Positions 48,297 through 57,100 of a DNA stretch of 64,000 nt are shown here, one piece after another. The stretch spans positions 63,471-127,470 of the forward strand of contig UQWD01000002.1 of the NCBI GenBank assembly GCA_900544555.1, read 5' to 3'. The translations under genes and the position numbers were made by a program. The notes below the pieces were generated by a model. That model saw nothing but the letters and a program-made list of their open reading frames with translations, searched no databases and was not told where the DNA came from. Each line of letters opens with the position of its first letter. Within the stretch, counting starts at the first letter, position 1. Origin of the DNA: an uncultured Eubacteriales bacterium (GTDB lineage: Bacteria > Bacillota > Clostridia > Christensenellales > CAG-138).

Positions 48297-48914
48297 CTAA
48301 ACGCTGATTTCATTTATGCGATGCGGATCTGCGTAGCGAAACGACGGCGCGTTGAACACCCCGTTTTCACATATCACCATATCCATGATTAAATCGTGCG
48401 GCTCCACAGGTATATCGTCCCTTATCATCTTCCCGCGGCACAGCATCGCCTTGATGCAATTTGTTTTGATTAAATATCTATCGTAAAACCCGCCCCCAAA
48501 GCCTATCCTTTCACCCTTGATCCCGCCAGCAAGGCAGGGGATGAGCGCCAAATCGATTTCCTCAGCGCGCAGTTCCGAATTCCCGGCGGGAGGCTCCAAT
48601 ATGCCGTAGGCGCCCGGCCTGAGCTCCCCGGCCGAACGGATTATTTTAGCCTGCATTTCACCCTTCCCGACACAGAGCGGAACGGCCACGGTTTTGCCTT
48701 CACATAGCGCGCTTTCAATTATGGGCATGGTATTGATTTCACGCGCCGTACCAACATAACAAAAGATACAGCGCGCGCGCCGGTAAGCAGGAAGATTAAA
48801 AACAGCCTCGCGTATCGCGGCGTCGGCCCAACGGCAATAATCCGCGTCCATCGCAGCGGCGATGCGAAGCGCTTCCCGGCGCACGGCTTTTTTCAGCATA
48901 CAAATCTCTTCCAT
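48297..48914 (-). CDS. 5-formyltetrahydrofolate cyclo-ligase
   Basis: About 200 aa. Blocks CIFCYVGTAREINT, GAYGILEP and GERIGFGGGFYDRYL typical of the MTHFS family. The start is ATG 48914 or 48899. Confidence 0.85.
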   Translation of the reverse strand: MEEICMLKKAVRREALRIAAAMDADYCRWADAAIREAVFNLPAYRRARCIFCYVGTAREINTMPIIESALCEGKTVAVPLCVGKGEMQAKIIRSAGELRPGAYGILEPPAGNSELRAEEIDLALIPCLAGGIKGERIGFGGGFYDRYLIKTNCIKAMLCRGKMIRDDIPVEPHDLIMDMVICENGVFNAPSFRYADPHRINEISV

Positions 48915-48952
48915 TATAATATCCTGCTTCCGCTATAATATCCTGCTTCCGC
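48915..48952. repeat. Perfect 19-bp tandem duplication (TATAATATCCTGCTTCCGC x2)
   Basis: Read directly: copy 1 at 48915-48933, copy 2 at 48934-48952, in the folD / cyclo-ligase intergenic spacer. Confidence 0.95.
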
Positions 48953-48962
48953 ACTTCCCAAC

Positions 48963-49829
48963 TTACCGCTCACTCATGATACCATTTAGGCGCTCGGCGG
49001 CCAGCGTAACGTTGTGAGCAAGCACCGAGGTTGTAACCGCCCCTACGCCGCCGGGGACCGGGGTAATCGCGCCGGCAACGGCGACCGCGCTTTCAAAATC
49101 CACGTCGCCGCTCAAGCTTCCGTCCGCGGCCACGTTGATGCCCACATCGATAACCGTCTGGCCCGGGCGAAGGTGCTCGGCGCTGACGACGCCGGCTTTT
49201 CCCGCCGCGGCTATGAGGATATCCGCCCCGCGGCACACGGCGGCGAGATCCCGAGTTTTGGTATGGCATACGGTAACGGTCGCGTTGCGCTTTAACAGCA
49301 TCATGGCGACCGGTTTCCCGATAACGGCGCTTCGGCCGATCACAACCGCTGACTTCCCGGCCGGATCAACCCCGTAATAATCCAGCAACTCCATACAAGC
49401 CTGGGCCGTACAGGGGGCAAACCCGCGTTCAACGCCGAGGAAAACGCCGGCCATCGAACCATGCGTCATTCCATCGACGTCCTTATCCGGGGAGAGCGCG
49501 CTCATCACCGCGTTCTCGTCAAAACCGCGGGGCAGCGGGCGGAAAAGCAGCGCGCCGTGTATGGAGGCGTCCTGATTCACTCGGTTGATCTGAGCCATCA
49601 GCTTCTCCTGCGAATCATCCTCCCTGAGCGTTACCGCCTCAGCTTCCACTCCGGTTTTCGCTAAGCGCCTCATCGCATTGCGCTCATAAGCCGCGTCGTC
49701 CGGCCTATCTCCAACGCGGATTATTAAAAGTTTCGGGGTTATTCCCCGTGCCCTTAGCGCATCCGCGCGCGCGGATGCGCGTTTGCTTACAACCGCCGCG
49801 ACCGGCGCGCCCCTTAAAATATCAGCCAT
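48963..49829 (-). CDS. folD: Bifunctional methylene-THF dehydrogenase / methenyl-THF cyclohydrolase
   Basis: 288 aa. GDRPDDAAYERN, VIGRSAVIGKPVAMMLL and ITPVPGGVGAVT blocks. Confidence 0.95.
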   Translation of the reverse strand: MADILRGAPVAAVVSKRASARADALRARGITPKLLIIRVGDRPDDAAYERNAMRRLAKTGVEAEAVTLREDDSQEKLMAQINRVNQDASIHGALLFRPLPRGFDENAVMSALSPDKDVDGMTHGSMAGVFLGVERGFAPCTAQACMELLDYYGVDPAGKSAVVIGRSAVIGKPVAMMLLKRNATVTVCHTKTRDLAAVCRGADILIAAAGKAGVVSAEHLRPGQTVIDVGINVAADGSLSGDVDFESAVAVAGAITPVPGGVGAVTTSVLAHNVTLAAERLNGIMSER

Positions 49830-49855
49830 TTTTCATCTCCACAGCACTGTTATAA

Positions 49856-51133
49856 TCATTCGGCGCCAAAATACCGCCTGATATCCCCGGACATATAAAG
49901 CGACCCGAGCGCGCACACGACCCCGTCCGGCCCCGCCTTGCGCACAGCGAGTTTAACGCCTTCCTCCGCCGAATCCGCGGCGACGGCGGGCGCTCCCGCC
50001 GCTTGTATCAGCCCTGCAAGCTCTTTTGCCGGCATTGCCCGGTAAAAATCAGGACGAACCGCAATGAATTCCGAAGCCAGCGGCAAAATCGGCGGCAACA
50101 TCCCTTTTATATCCTTATCCGCCATCACCCCGATAACGAAAGTCACGGGCTTTCCTGGGAAATAGCGCCGCAAGCTCTCCGCCGTTGCGTTAACGCCATG
50201 CGGGTTATGTCCGCCGTCCACAATCACAATCGGGCGGCGCCCGACCACCTCGAACCGCGCCGGCCAGAACGCGCGGGCAAGGCCGCGCTTAATCGCGCCC
50301 TCATCAATGTTCCAACCCTTTTCGACCAGCACCTCGGCCGTTTTTATGGCTACTGCCGCGTTTTTTAGCTGATAAGCGCCAATAAGAGGTATGCGCAGCC
50401 CAATATGGCTTCCATAGTCAAAAGTCTGCCCATCCAAATCGTACCTCGTCAGCCTAAGCGCGCTAAAATCCGGCTTGTGCAGCCTGCCCCCGTGCGTTTG
50501 CGCCGCGCTCTCGAAAACGGCTTCCGCATCGGTGTTCTCGCCGTATATCACCACATCCCCGCCCCGCTTGATAATACCGGCTTTAGCCTTTGCTATCTCA
50601 TTCATGCTGCCGCCCAGCTGCTTGGTATGGTCAAAGCCCATCGCCGTAATCACGGCGGCCTCCGGCGTTGATATAATATTCGTGGAATCCCGCTCCCCGC
50701 CGAGGCCAACCTCCAGTACTACGATATCGCACGCCTTAAGCTTATAGTACATAAAAGCGACGGCCGTTATCATTTCAAACTCCGTGGGCGGGTCTTCCAT
50801 CCCCTCGGCTATTGGCCGGAGCATGGTGGTTATACGAGCCAGCTCCTCGTCCGCAATCGGCTCGTTATTCAACTGTATCCGCTCGTTAAACCGGTTGACG
50901 AACGGGGATATGAATAGGCCCGTCCGGTATCCCGCCTCGCACAATACGCTTGAGAGCATGGCGCAGGTTGAGCCCTTTCCGTTCGTTCCGGCGACATGCA
51001 CAAACTTCAGTCCATCCTGAGGCTCGCCCGCCAGCCTGAGCAGCTCGCGGATACGCTCCAGGCCCGGCCTGCTGCCGCTCCAGGAAACCTTGTGGATATA
51101 TTGAAGCGTTTCTTCGTAATTCATATCACGCAC
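49856..51133 (-). CDS. folC: Folylpolyglutamate synthase / dihydrofolate synthase
   Basis: HVAGTNGKGST P-loop, Mur-ligase-like layout. The start is ambiguous (GTG 51133 or ATG 51124). Confidence 0.92.
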   Translation of the reverse strand: MRDMNYEETLQYIHKVSWSGSRPGLERIRELLRLAGEPQDGLKFVHVAGTNGKGSTCAMLSSVLCEAGYRTGLFISPFVNRFNERIQLNNEPIADEELARITTMLRPIAEGMEDPPTEFEMITAVAFMYYKLKACDIVVLEVGLGGERDSTNIISTPEAAVITAMGFDHTKQLGGSMNEIAKAKAGIIKRGGDVVIYGENTDAEAVFESAAQTHGGRLHKPDFSALRLTRYDLDGQTFDYGSHIGLRIPLIGAYQLKNAAVAIKTAEVLVEKGWNIDEGAIKRGLARAFWPARFEVVGRRPIVIVDGGHNPHGVNATAESLRRYFPGKPVTFVIGVMADKDIKGMLPPILPLASEFIAVRPDFYRAMPAKELAGLIQAAGAPAVAADSAEEGVKLAVRKAGPDGVVCALGSLYMSGDIRRYFGAE

Positions 51134-51658
51134 CTAGCCCGCCAGATATTTGGGCTTTATTCCAACACGTCTAAAAACAATAAACAGAACCGTAGCGTCC
51201 ACCGCGGCCATGCCAAGCGCCATTGGAGCGCGTATTATGAAAAGCTCCCAGAAAGCGCCGCCCCCGTTGATGACGGTGATGCAGAACGTCGTCCAGAACA
51301 TGTTAGAAACGATATAACACACAAGCGTCATAATACCTACGCGGGGCCAGCTGATTTTTTGGAGCAGCATTTTTTTAAAGAACCAGGGCATAACGCCCAT
51401 AAGAATCGGCGAAATAGTGAAGATGGGCATGTAAGCGCCTTGTATAGGGAAAAGCACCGTACCGAGAAAATCCGACGCGAACCCGATAACGGCCCCGGCA
51501 AGGGGGCCGAACCAAACGCCGGACAGCAATATGGGGATATTGCCTAACGTAAAGCGCAGGCTTGTGCCGATTGGAAGGACAAGCAAGCGGGTGAAGACAA
51601 TGCTCAGGGCGACGAACACGCCCATGAGCGCTAAAGAAGCGATATTCCGTTTATTCAT
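51134..51658 (-). CDS. folT: ECF transporter S component, folate-specific (FolT family)
   Basis: ORF 51134..51685. ATG 51658 is preferred (GGAGGAGGAAAAATG). About 6 TM segments. It lies directly behind a THF riboswitch. Confidence 0.8.
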   Translation of the reverse strand: MNKRNIASLALMGVFVALSIVFTRLLVLPIGTSLRFTLGNIPILLSGVWFGPLAGAVIGFASDFLGTVLFPIQGAYMPIFTISPILMGVMPWFFKKMLLQKISWPRVGIMTLVCYIVSNMFWTTFCITVINGGGAFWELFIIRAPMALGMAAVDATVLFIVFRRVGIKPKYLAG

Positions 51659-51825
51659 TTTTCCTCCTCCTCTCCCGTATACCACACTAAAGAGGAGGTT
51701 CCAAGACTCTCTTCAATGGGGTAGCGGATGCAGCGCCTTACCGCAACCCGCATCCTGTGCGGGTTTTCGTGCAAGGGCAACTTCCCATCCCCTGCCACTT
51801 AACGCGCGGCGCCTACTCTACCATG
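51659..51825 (-). promoter_or_regulatory. THF (tetrahydrofolate) riboswitch with SD-sequestering expression platform
   Basis: Minus-strand RNA: GGUAGAGUAGGCGCCGCGCGUUAAGUGGCAGGGGAUGGGAAGUUGCCCUUGCACGAAAACCCGCACAGGAUGCGGGUUGCGGUAAGGCGCUGCAUCCGCUACC. It matches the known THF aptamer block by block (AGAGUAG, GCGUUAAGUG, AUGGGA, ACGAA, GCGGU, UGCAUCCGCU). Downstream CCUCCUCU (51691-51698) can pair with the SD AGAGGAGG. Confidence 0.9.
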
Positions 51826-51860
51826 ATGTTTTTCGTCCGTTTTTGCCGTACGGCGTTCCC

Positions 51861-51895
51861 ATTATACGACGCTTTCCCCCCGCCGCACAAGCCGC
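51861..51895 (-). promoter_or_regulatory. Candidate promoter of the riboswitch-folT operon (TTGTGC-18-TATAAT)
   Basis: Minus-strand TATAAT at 51861-51866 overlaps the stop codon of the upstream gene. The -35 is weak. Confidence 0.4.
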
Positions 51896-52929
51896 TCAAG
51901 TATCGATTCAGAATATATTTTTATCCTGTCACCGACGCCCGGCAGCGCCATCGCCGCGCCGGGGTCGTTGGCCGTTTCCAGCATGCAGAACCGCGGCGGG
52001 AGGATAAACGTTTTGTTCAGGCACAGGCTGCCCAGTATCTGCCCGGCTACAATATCCCCGCCGCTGTACCCGGATACCACGACGCCGTAAAGGTAAGTAT
52101 CAAAGAACGTATGCTGGATAAGCAGCGACGTAAGCCTGTTGATGCACGCGGATATGTTCGCGCCCACTGCGTCGTTGTAATTGGGGCACAGTAGCATTAA
52201 GGCGTCGCATTCAAGCAGCGCGGGGTACACCTCCTGAACCACGACGCCGCCGTAGAAACAGTTCCCCTGTTCGGAAAAATGCGTGCAGGTTTTAAACGAG
52301 CAGCCCCGGCAATCGTAAACCGTACCGTTCTGAAGCGATATTTCCGTTATATCGCATTTCTTCTCCAATATGGAGCAGACCGCCGCGCCAAGCTGGAGCG
52401 TGTTGGATGTGGCGCGATTTGACGCGTGCAGGGTCAGCACCTTCGGGCGCGCATGAAGGATGGGTTGAAACCCGCTTACGCGCTCGGCCATCTCCCGCGC
52501 CGCGCGCCGGTAAGCACCCATTAAATCCGTTCCAAAGTTTGACGCTAGGGTTTTGAAGTTATAAAGCGAACCCGTACCCTCTACCAGCGGCTTGCCAGGG
52601 AAAAGGCACCCCGCCATGTTCGCGGCCAGAACCAGCTCCCGCGCGAGCGACTTGGTGTACAGCTCGCTCTCGCCGTCTACAATCACGCCGCCCACGCATC
52701 CTTCCAATGCGCCGGGATGACTGCGCAGCCACATAAGCGTTTTATAATATTCCGGCTCAACGCCCCATTTCCCGCATGATAGCGCGAACAGCAGGCGTTT
52801 ATCCTTAAGGCAGGCGAGCTCCCCGCGCCCCGCCGAAACCATTTCACAGCGTTCTCCGGCAAGGGCGTATTTAAGTACGCCCTCAAGCCGCTTATGCGTA
52901 CCCATTGAAATCACCGTGAAACCGTTCAT
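51862..52929 (-). CDS. Two-domain flavodoxin-fold protein; C-terminal NADPH-dependent FMN reductase / iron-sulfur flavoprotein-like domain
   Basis: 355 aa. The C-half has KVLTLHASNRATSNT, CRGCSFKTC and DALMLLCPNYNDAVGANISACINR, typical of the FMN-reductase/Isf family. ATGA overlap with the upstream gene. Confidence 0.75.
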   Translation of the reverse strand: MNGFTVISMGTHKRLEGVLKYALAGERCEMVSAGRGELACLKDKRLLFALSCGKWGVEPEYYKTLMWLRSHPGALEGCVGGVIVDGESELYTKSLARELVLAANMAGCLFPGKPLVEGTGSLYNFKTLASNFGTDLMGAYRRAAREMAERVSGFQPILHARPKVLTLHASNRATSNTLQLGAAVCSILEKKCDITEISLQNGTVYDCRGCSFKTCTHFSEQGNCFYGGVVVQEVYPALLECDALMLLCPNYNDAVGANISACINRLTSLLIQHTFFDTYLYGVVVSGYSGGDIVAGQILGSLCLNKTFILPPRFCMLETANDPGAAMALPGVGDRIKIYSESILERLVRRGESVV

Positions 52930-54179
52930 AATATGCTGCTCTCCTCAATGAGCCGCGCGTACGCGCAGCCGATTCTTTCTTGGAGCGCCGGGTTTAGGGG
53001 GAGCGCCTCCACTTCCAGCCCCATAGCCGATTCGCGGTTGCGGCAGCCCATATACGCGCCGCCAAGCGGAACCGCGCTGTCCTGCCACCTTCCGCTTAAC
53101 AGCCTTAAAATCCCTATGCACGCCGAGGAAACGCCCGGCGCGAGATACGGCTTAAACCCCGTTTCCCGAACGCGCAAGTTCGCCTCAACCGTGTATTTCG
53201 TCAACAAGTCCGACCGCGCTCCGTCATAGCCGTCCCCGGTATCGTTGGCGATTACAAGCCCGCCGCCATGCGGACCGTACGCCCGGCCGCGCGCGGCAAA
53301 GTCCGGGCATAACCCGCTCTTATCCCCCCAATATGCCGCCCGCGCGCTCATCACGCCGAGGCCGAACCCCCGAATCTGCTCAGGGCGTAGGCCGAGATAA
53401 TCCATATTCCCGTTCTCATCGCGGTTGCTGTATACAAATACGCACCGGCACAACAGGTCGACCGGGTCCGACACCTGAGCAAACAGACCTTTAAACCCCT
53501 TTTCCCTCGCCATTCGCGCATAGGGCGCGATGATTTCCATATTGGATTTAAGCTGAGCCATGCGAACATCGAGATCCCCGCCGCCCGGCTCGGGTACGCC
53601 GCGCGAGGCCGCGAACGCGAATACGTCGCAATCGAAAAGACAGTCCGTCTCTACAATCCTCACCTGCGGCACTCTTGCATTGGGTTCGAGAGGGAGCATC
53701 TGGTTGATCTCCTGCTCGTACCGCTCGGCAAGCGTTCTGTTCGGATCGTAGATCCCGATCTCGCTGATTAGGCCGCCCCCCAGCAGCCTGAGCCCCATGA
53801 GCATAGCCCCGCCGACGTCTCCCAGCCCGGCGAGGTTTATACGCGCCTGCGCTGGCCGCAAGGGCGGGGCGAGCAGATCCTCGTATCCGGGCCAGGCGGC
53901 GTTTACCGCGCGCGCACCGCCGTTTAAAATGATATCTTGAAGCTCGCGCGGCGCGCCGGACTCATACGCAGTATCCAGGCTGAGCGCGTGCGTATCCTCT
54001 GGCCCTAAGGCCTGCTTAAGCGTACGCGGGGAAAACGCCGCGCGCGCGTTGAGAGGATCCCGATTGAGCAGGAACACCAGCGGGGCAAAGGGCGCCGCTA
54101 CCCGCCGCGCGCCCGCCGGAGGCTCCGCCTCAACCGGGCAAACAGAGAGCTTCCCGTGCCTGTAAAACTCCAGCCTCAC
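52926..54179 (-). CDS. Lactate/malate dehydrogenase-family NAD-dependent oxidoreductase with about 110-aa N-terminal extension
   Basis: 417 aa. Rossmann INLAGLGDVGGAMLMG plus IGIYD. QVSDPVDLL (like VSNPVD). MSARAAY and YGPHGGG (like GEHGDS). The GTG start overlaps the upstream TGA (GTGA). Confidence 0.75.
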   Translation of the reverse strand: MRLEFYRHGKLSVCPVEAEPPAGARRVAAPFAPLVFLLNRDPLNARAAFSPRTLKQALGPEDTHALSLDTAYESGAPRELQDIILNGGARAVNAAWPGYEDLLAPPLRPAQARINLAGLGDVGGAMLMGLRLLGGGLISEIGIYDPNRTLAERYEQEINQMLPLEPNARVPQVRIVETDCLFDCDVFAFAASRGVPEPGGGDLDVRMAQLKSNMEIIAPYARMAREKGFKGLFAQVSDPVDLLCRCVFVYSNRDENGNMDYLGLRPEQIRGFGLGVMSARAAYWGDKSGLCPDFAARGRAYGPHGGGLVIANDTGDGYDGARSDLLTKYTVEANLRVRETGFKPYLAPGVSSACIGILRLLSGRWQDSAVPLGGAYMGCRNRESAMGLEVEALPLNPALQERIGCAYARLIEESSIL

Positions 54180-57100
54180 TCGATCACCGCCTTCATGCGC
54201 AAAAGCGCCTCCATATCATTTCTTATATAGCTTGACGCGGGCAGGCTGTAATCATACTGCATAGCCCCCCCCTTATCGGGGCGGCGGGGCCAAAGCAGCG
54301 CTTCGCCCAGGCGCCCCAGCGTCAGGCTTTGCTCAAACATCGCCTGGTGTTCCTGTTCAAGCGCCTGAAGAATGTCGTAAGCGTTCTCCAGAGCCGTATA
54401 CGAAAGCGCGAAAATGCTCCGCCTTTCCGCCTCACAAATAAACGGCGGTGCCGCGTACGGCAGAACCATGTTGACCGACGGCGGCAGGTATCCGCCCCGC
54501 CGCGCCCCCCTGTCCACGCTGTCACCGCCTATAAACGGGTAGAGCATGCTTTCGGTAAACCAGTGCCGCAGGTTGGGTATGAAGTATACGCATTGGGCGT
54601 CCCTGCCCTGCACGCGCATCAGATCCCTGCCTCTCCCCGAAAGGATACCGGCAAAAATCCTGCGTATTTCCACGCCCTCTTCCCGAAAGATGGGGTCGAG
54701 CGCTTCAATCCTGTACCCTTTATGGAGCAGATCGTCCACAAGCAGCACGGGCCGGCGGAATGATCGCAGCGTGCGCACCTGATTGGACAGCGGCGAATAC
54801 CCGGGGTATTCGGTTATGGAAAAGCTCTTTAGATCCGGCGCGTAGGTCTTTTCAGCATGGAGCGTCTTGGTCACCGTGTTGGGAATGACCGAATCCGATA
54901 ATATCCGTCCGTAAGGGACGCACATATTACCGGCCAGCCGCCGCCCGCCCGAGGCGCCGGGGGCTCCGTTAAAGCGGATGATCTCGCTGGTAAGCTCATG
55001 ATCAAGCATATCCGCGTCAAACGAAAGCGTGAGCGTCCCTGGATACAGCCCGGTCATCGCCTCTTCCAGCCGGCTTCTCGACCGTTCAATGGCCTCCGCT
55101 ACCTTTTTGGCGCTCCTGTGAGGCTCCTTAACGGCTTGAGCCACGTCTTCAATCAATACGATGGGGAAGCGCATATCGACGTACATCACCCCGTCCTCAC
55201 CTCCGGGAATATCCCGAAAGCCCTTGCGCTTAAAAAGTGCGCGCGCGGGATCCTCCGCGCCCTGCGCGCGGTATAGAGCATAGGTGTTGTCCTCGCCCAG
55301 CGCGTCGGCCAGCGCCTTATTGAGCAGCATCTGCTTGATCCGTTCCTCCCGGGCGTAGACCCCGTCAATGACCAGCACTCGCCCGGAGGTGTGCCCGCGG
55401 ATGTATTGCGCCGAATCCATGCTTCGCGTTTCATCGTACATGCCCGCGGCGTTGGTGCTGTGGAAGCATACCCCGCCAAGCGGGGACGGCTCGCCTTCAC
55501 GATAAAGGGCCACCGCCTGCACGCCCGGCCTGTTCAGGCGCGCGGCGGCCTCGCCGCCGCTGAGCCCCGAATCCAGCGCGAGCCGCGCAAACTCGCCTGT
55601 GAGATGCTCGTTTAACGAAACATGCCGTCGATACTCCAGCGTATCCAGGCGCAAAACGGTTTTATACTGGGGCGCGCGCAGGTACAGGCCGTTGATGTAC
55701 ACATACTCCTGCACCAGAGGATCCACGAGCATGGAAATATCCAGATCCTTATCTATATACTCGCGTATGCGCGATGAGCTAACGTCCTCCAGATAGACCG
55801 GCAGCGAAAGGCGTATTATCCTGCCCATAACCTTTTCCTTAGCGAGGCCCGTCTCCCCCTCATCCTCGCCGCCGCTTCGCGCGAATACAATGTGGCCGAA
55901 ATGATGTATGGAATCGGGCGTGGGAGCGGCCCGGTAGGCGGAAGCGTTTTCAATCACGTCGCTCCCCGTCACAATATATACTTCGCGGTTAGCAAACAGC
56001 TCCCTCAGCGCCTTTAAATCCTCGGGAGCGGCCAGATTTACAGGCCTGTCGTCCGGGAACAGAAAAACATCCGGCGCGTCCGCCACGCTCATGTTGACTA
56101 TTCCTCGCCGCACAAGCTTGGGCTGCGTCCGTTTGCTCCATGAAAATTCATCCACCGCAAGATAAACCTCCATACCCAGATTGCGTATTTCATCCACAAT
56201 ACCCCTGTGCCCCGTCGAAAACGGATCGAAGGTTCCGGGGAAAAACGCGGCGTCAGGCTGGGGAGCGAACTTTATCGGGCCAAAACGCGCGTTCGCGTCG
56301 GTTATAAAACGGTACAGATGATTGAGCATCGCGGCGGTATTAAAAAACATCAGCCTTCCACCGCTCTGCTCATGGATAAGCGTGAGGAGCTTCTTGTGAA
56401 TTTTCTTAAACAGCCGGAGCTTCTTCGCAAACCCCATATCCTCGCTTCCAAACAGCCCTCGCCCTATTACCTGCAGCGCCTCCTGCCGAACGCCTTCCGC
56501 ATAATGGGTCAGCCCCAAAAGCAGCAGCCCGGCGGCGCGCATGCGCCTGCTCTCAACCGTGCCGGCCGGTTCCCCGGCGTTTTGCGCATAGGTATCATAA
56601 TGCGCCAGCAGCACGCCGAGTGTATGGAGCGTCATGCACGCGGCGCGTTCATTGGCGGATTTGATATGCCGTTCAAAATCGTCGAGCACCTCGTCAAGCT
56701 CCTTATGCGGGAGGAAAAGCGCCAGCCGGCCAAGGCAGGGCGGTATGTACCGGGAAAACTCATAGCGGGCCGTTTCAAGACCCCTCGTAAGCTCAACGGC
56801 TATTTCGTTGCACTGATCGACCGAGAGCATCGGCGCAATGGTGATAAGCGCGTCGCCGGCATGCTCTCTCACCGTCAGGTGCTCGCTTACGCGTACGAGA
56901 TTGGACAGGTGCGTCGCCACATGGAAAGCCTGCGCGGCGTCGCTCCTCGTCAGCTCCGTAAGCCAATCGATATTCGTCACCTTCATTATCCAGGGCGTCG
57001 CGGATTTGAGGTTTTCAAGAAAGAGCTCAGACGGCTCCTGCTTCTCAAGCCGGCCGGAATACTTCTTAACTAGCTCCGTACCGCCTGCGAGCCGCAGCGC

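Noticed and set aside
48271-48305. 9-bp inverted repeat AGCGTTTAG / CTAAACGCT around a GC-rich loop, overlapping the cyclo-ligase stop codon. Considered as the operon terminator.
   Set aside because: No U-tract follows on the minus strand, so intrinsic termination is doubtful.
56207-57073. 288-aa plus-strand ORF, and other 60-140-aa ORFs inside 54.2-59.0 kb.
   Set aside because: They are antisense to the 1606-aa gene, which has coherent domain motifs. They are Arg-rich with no RBS.
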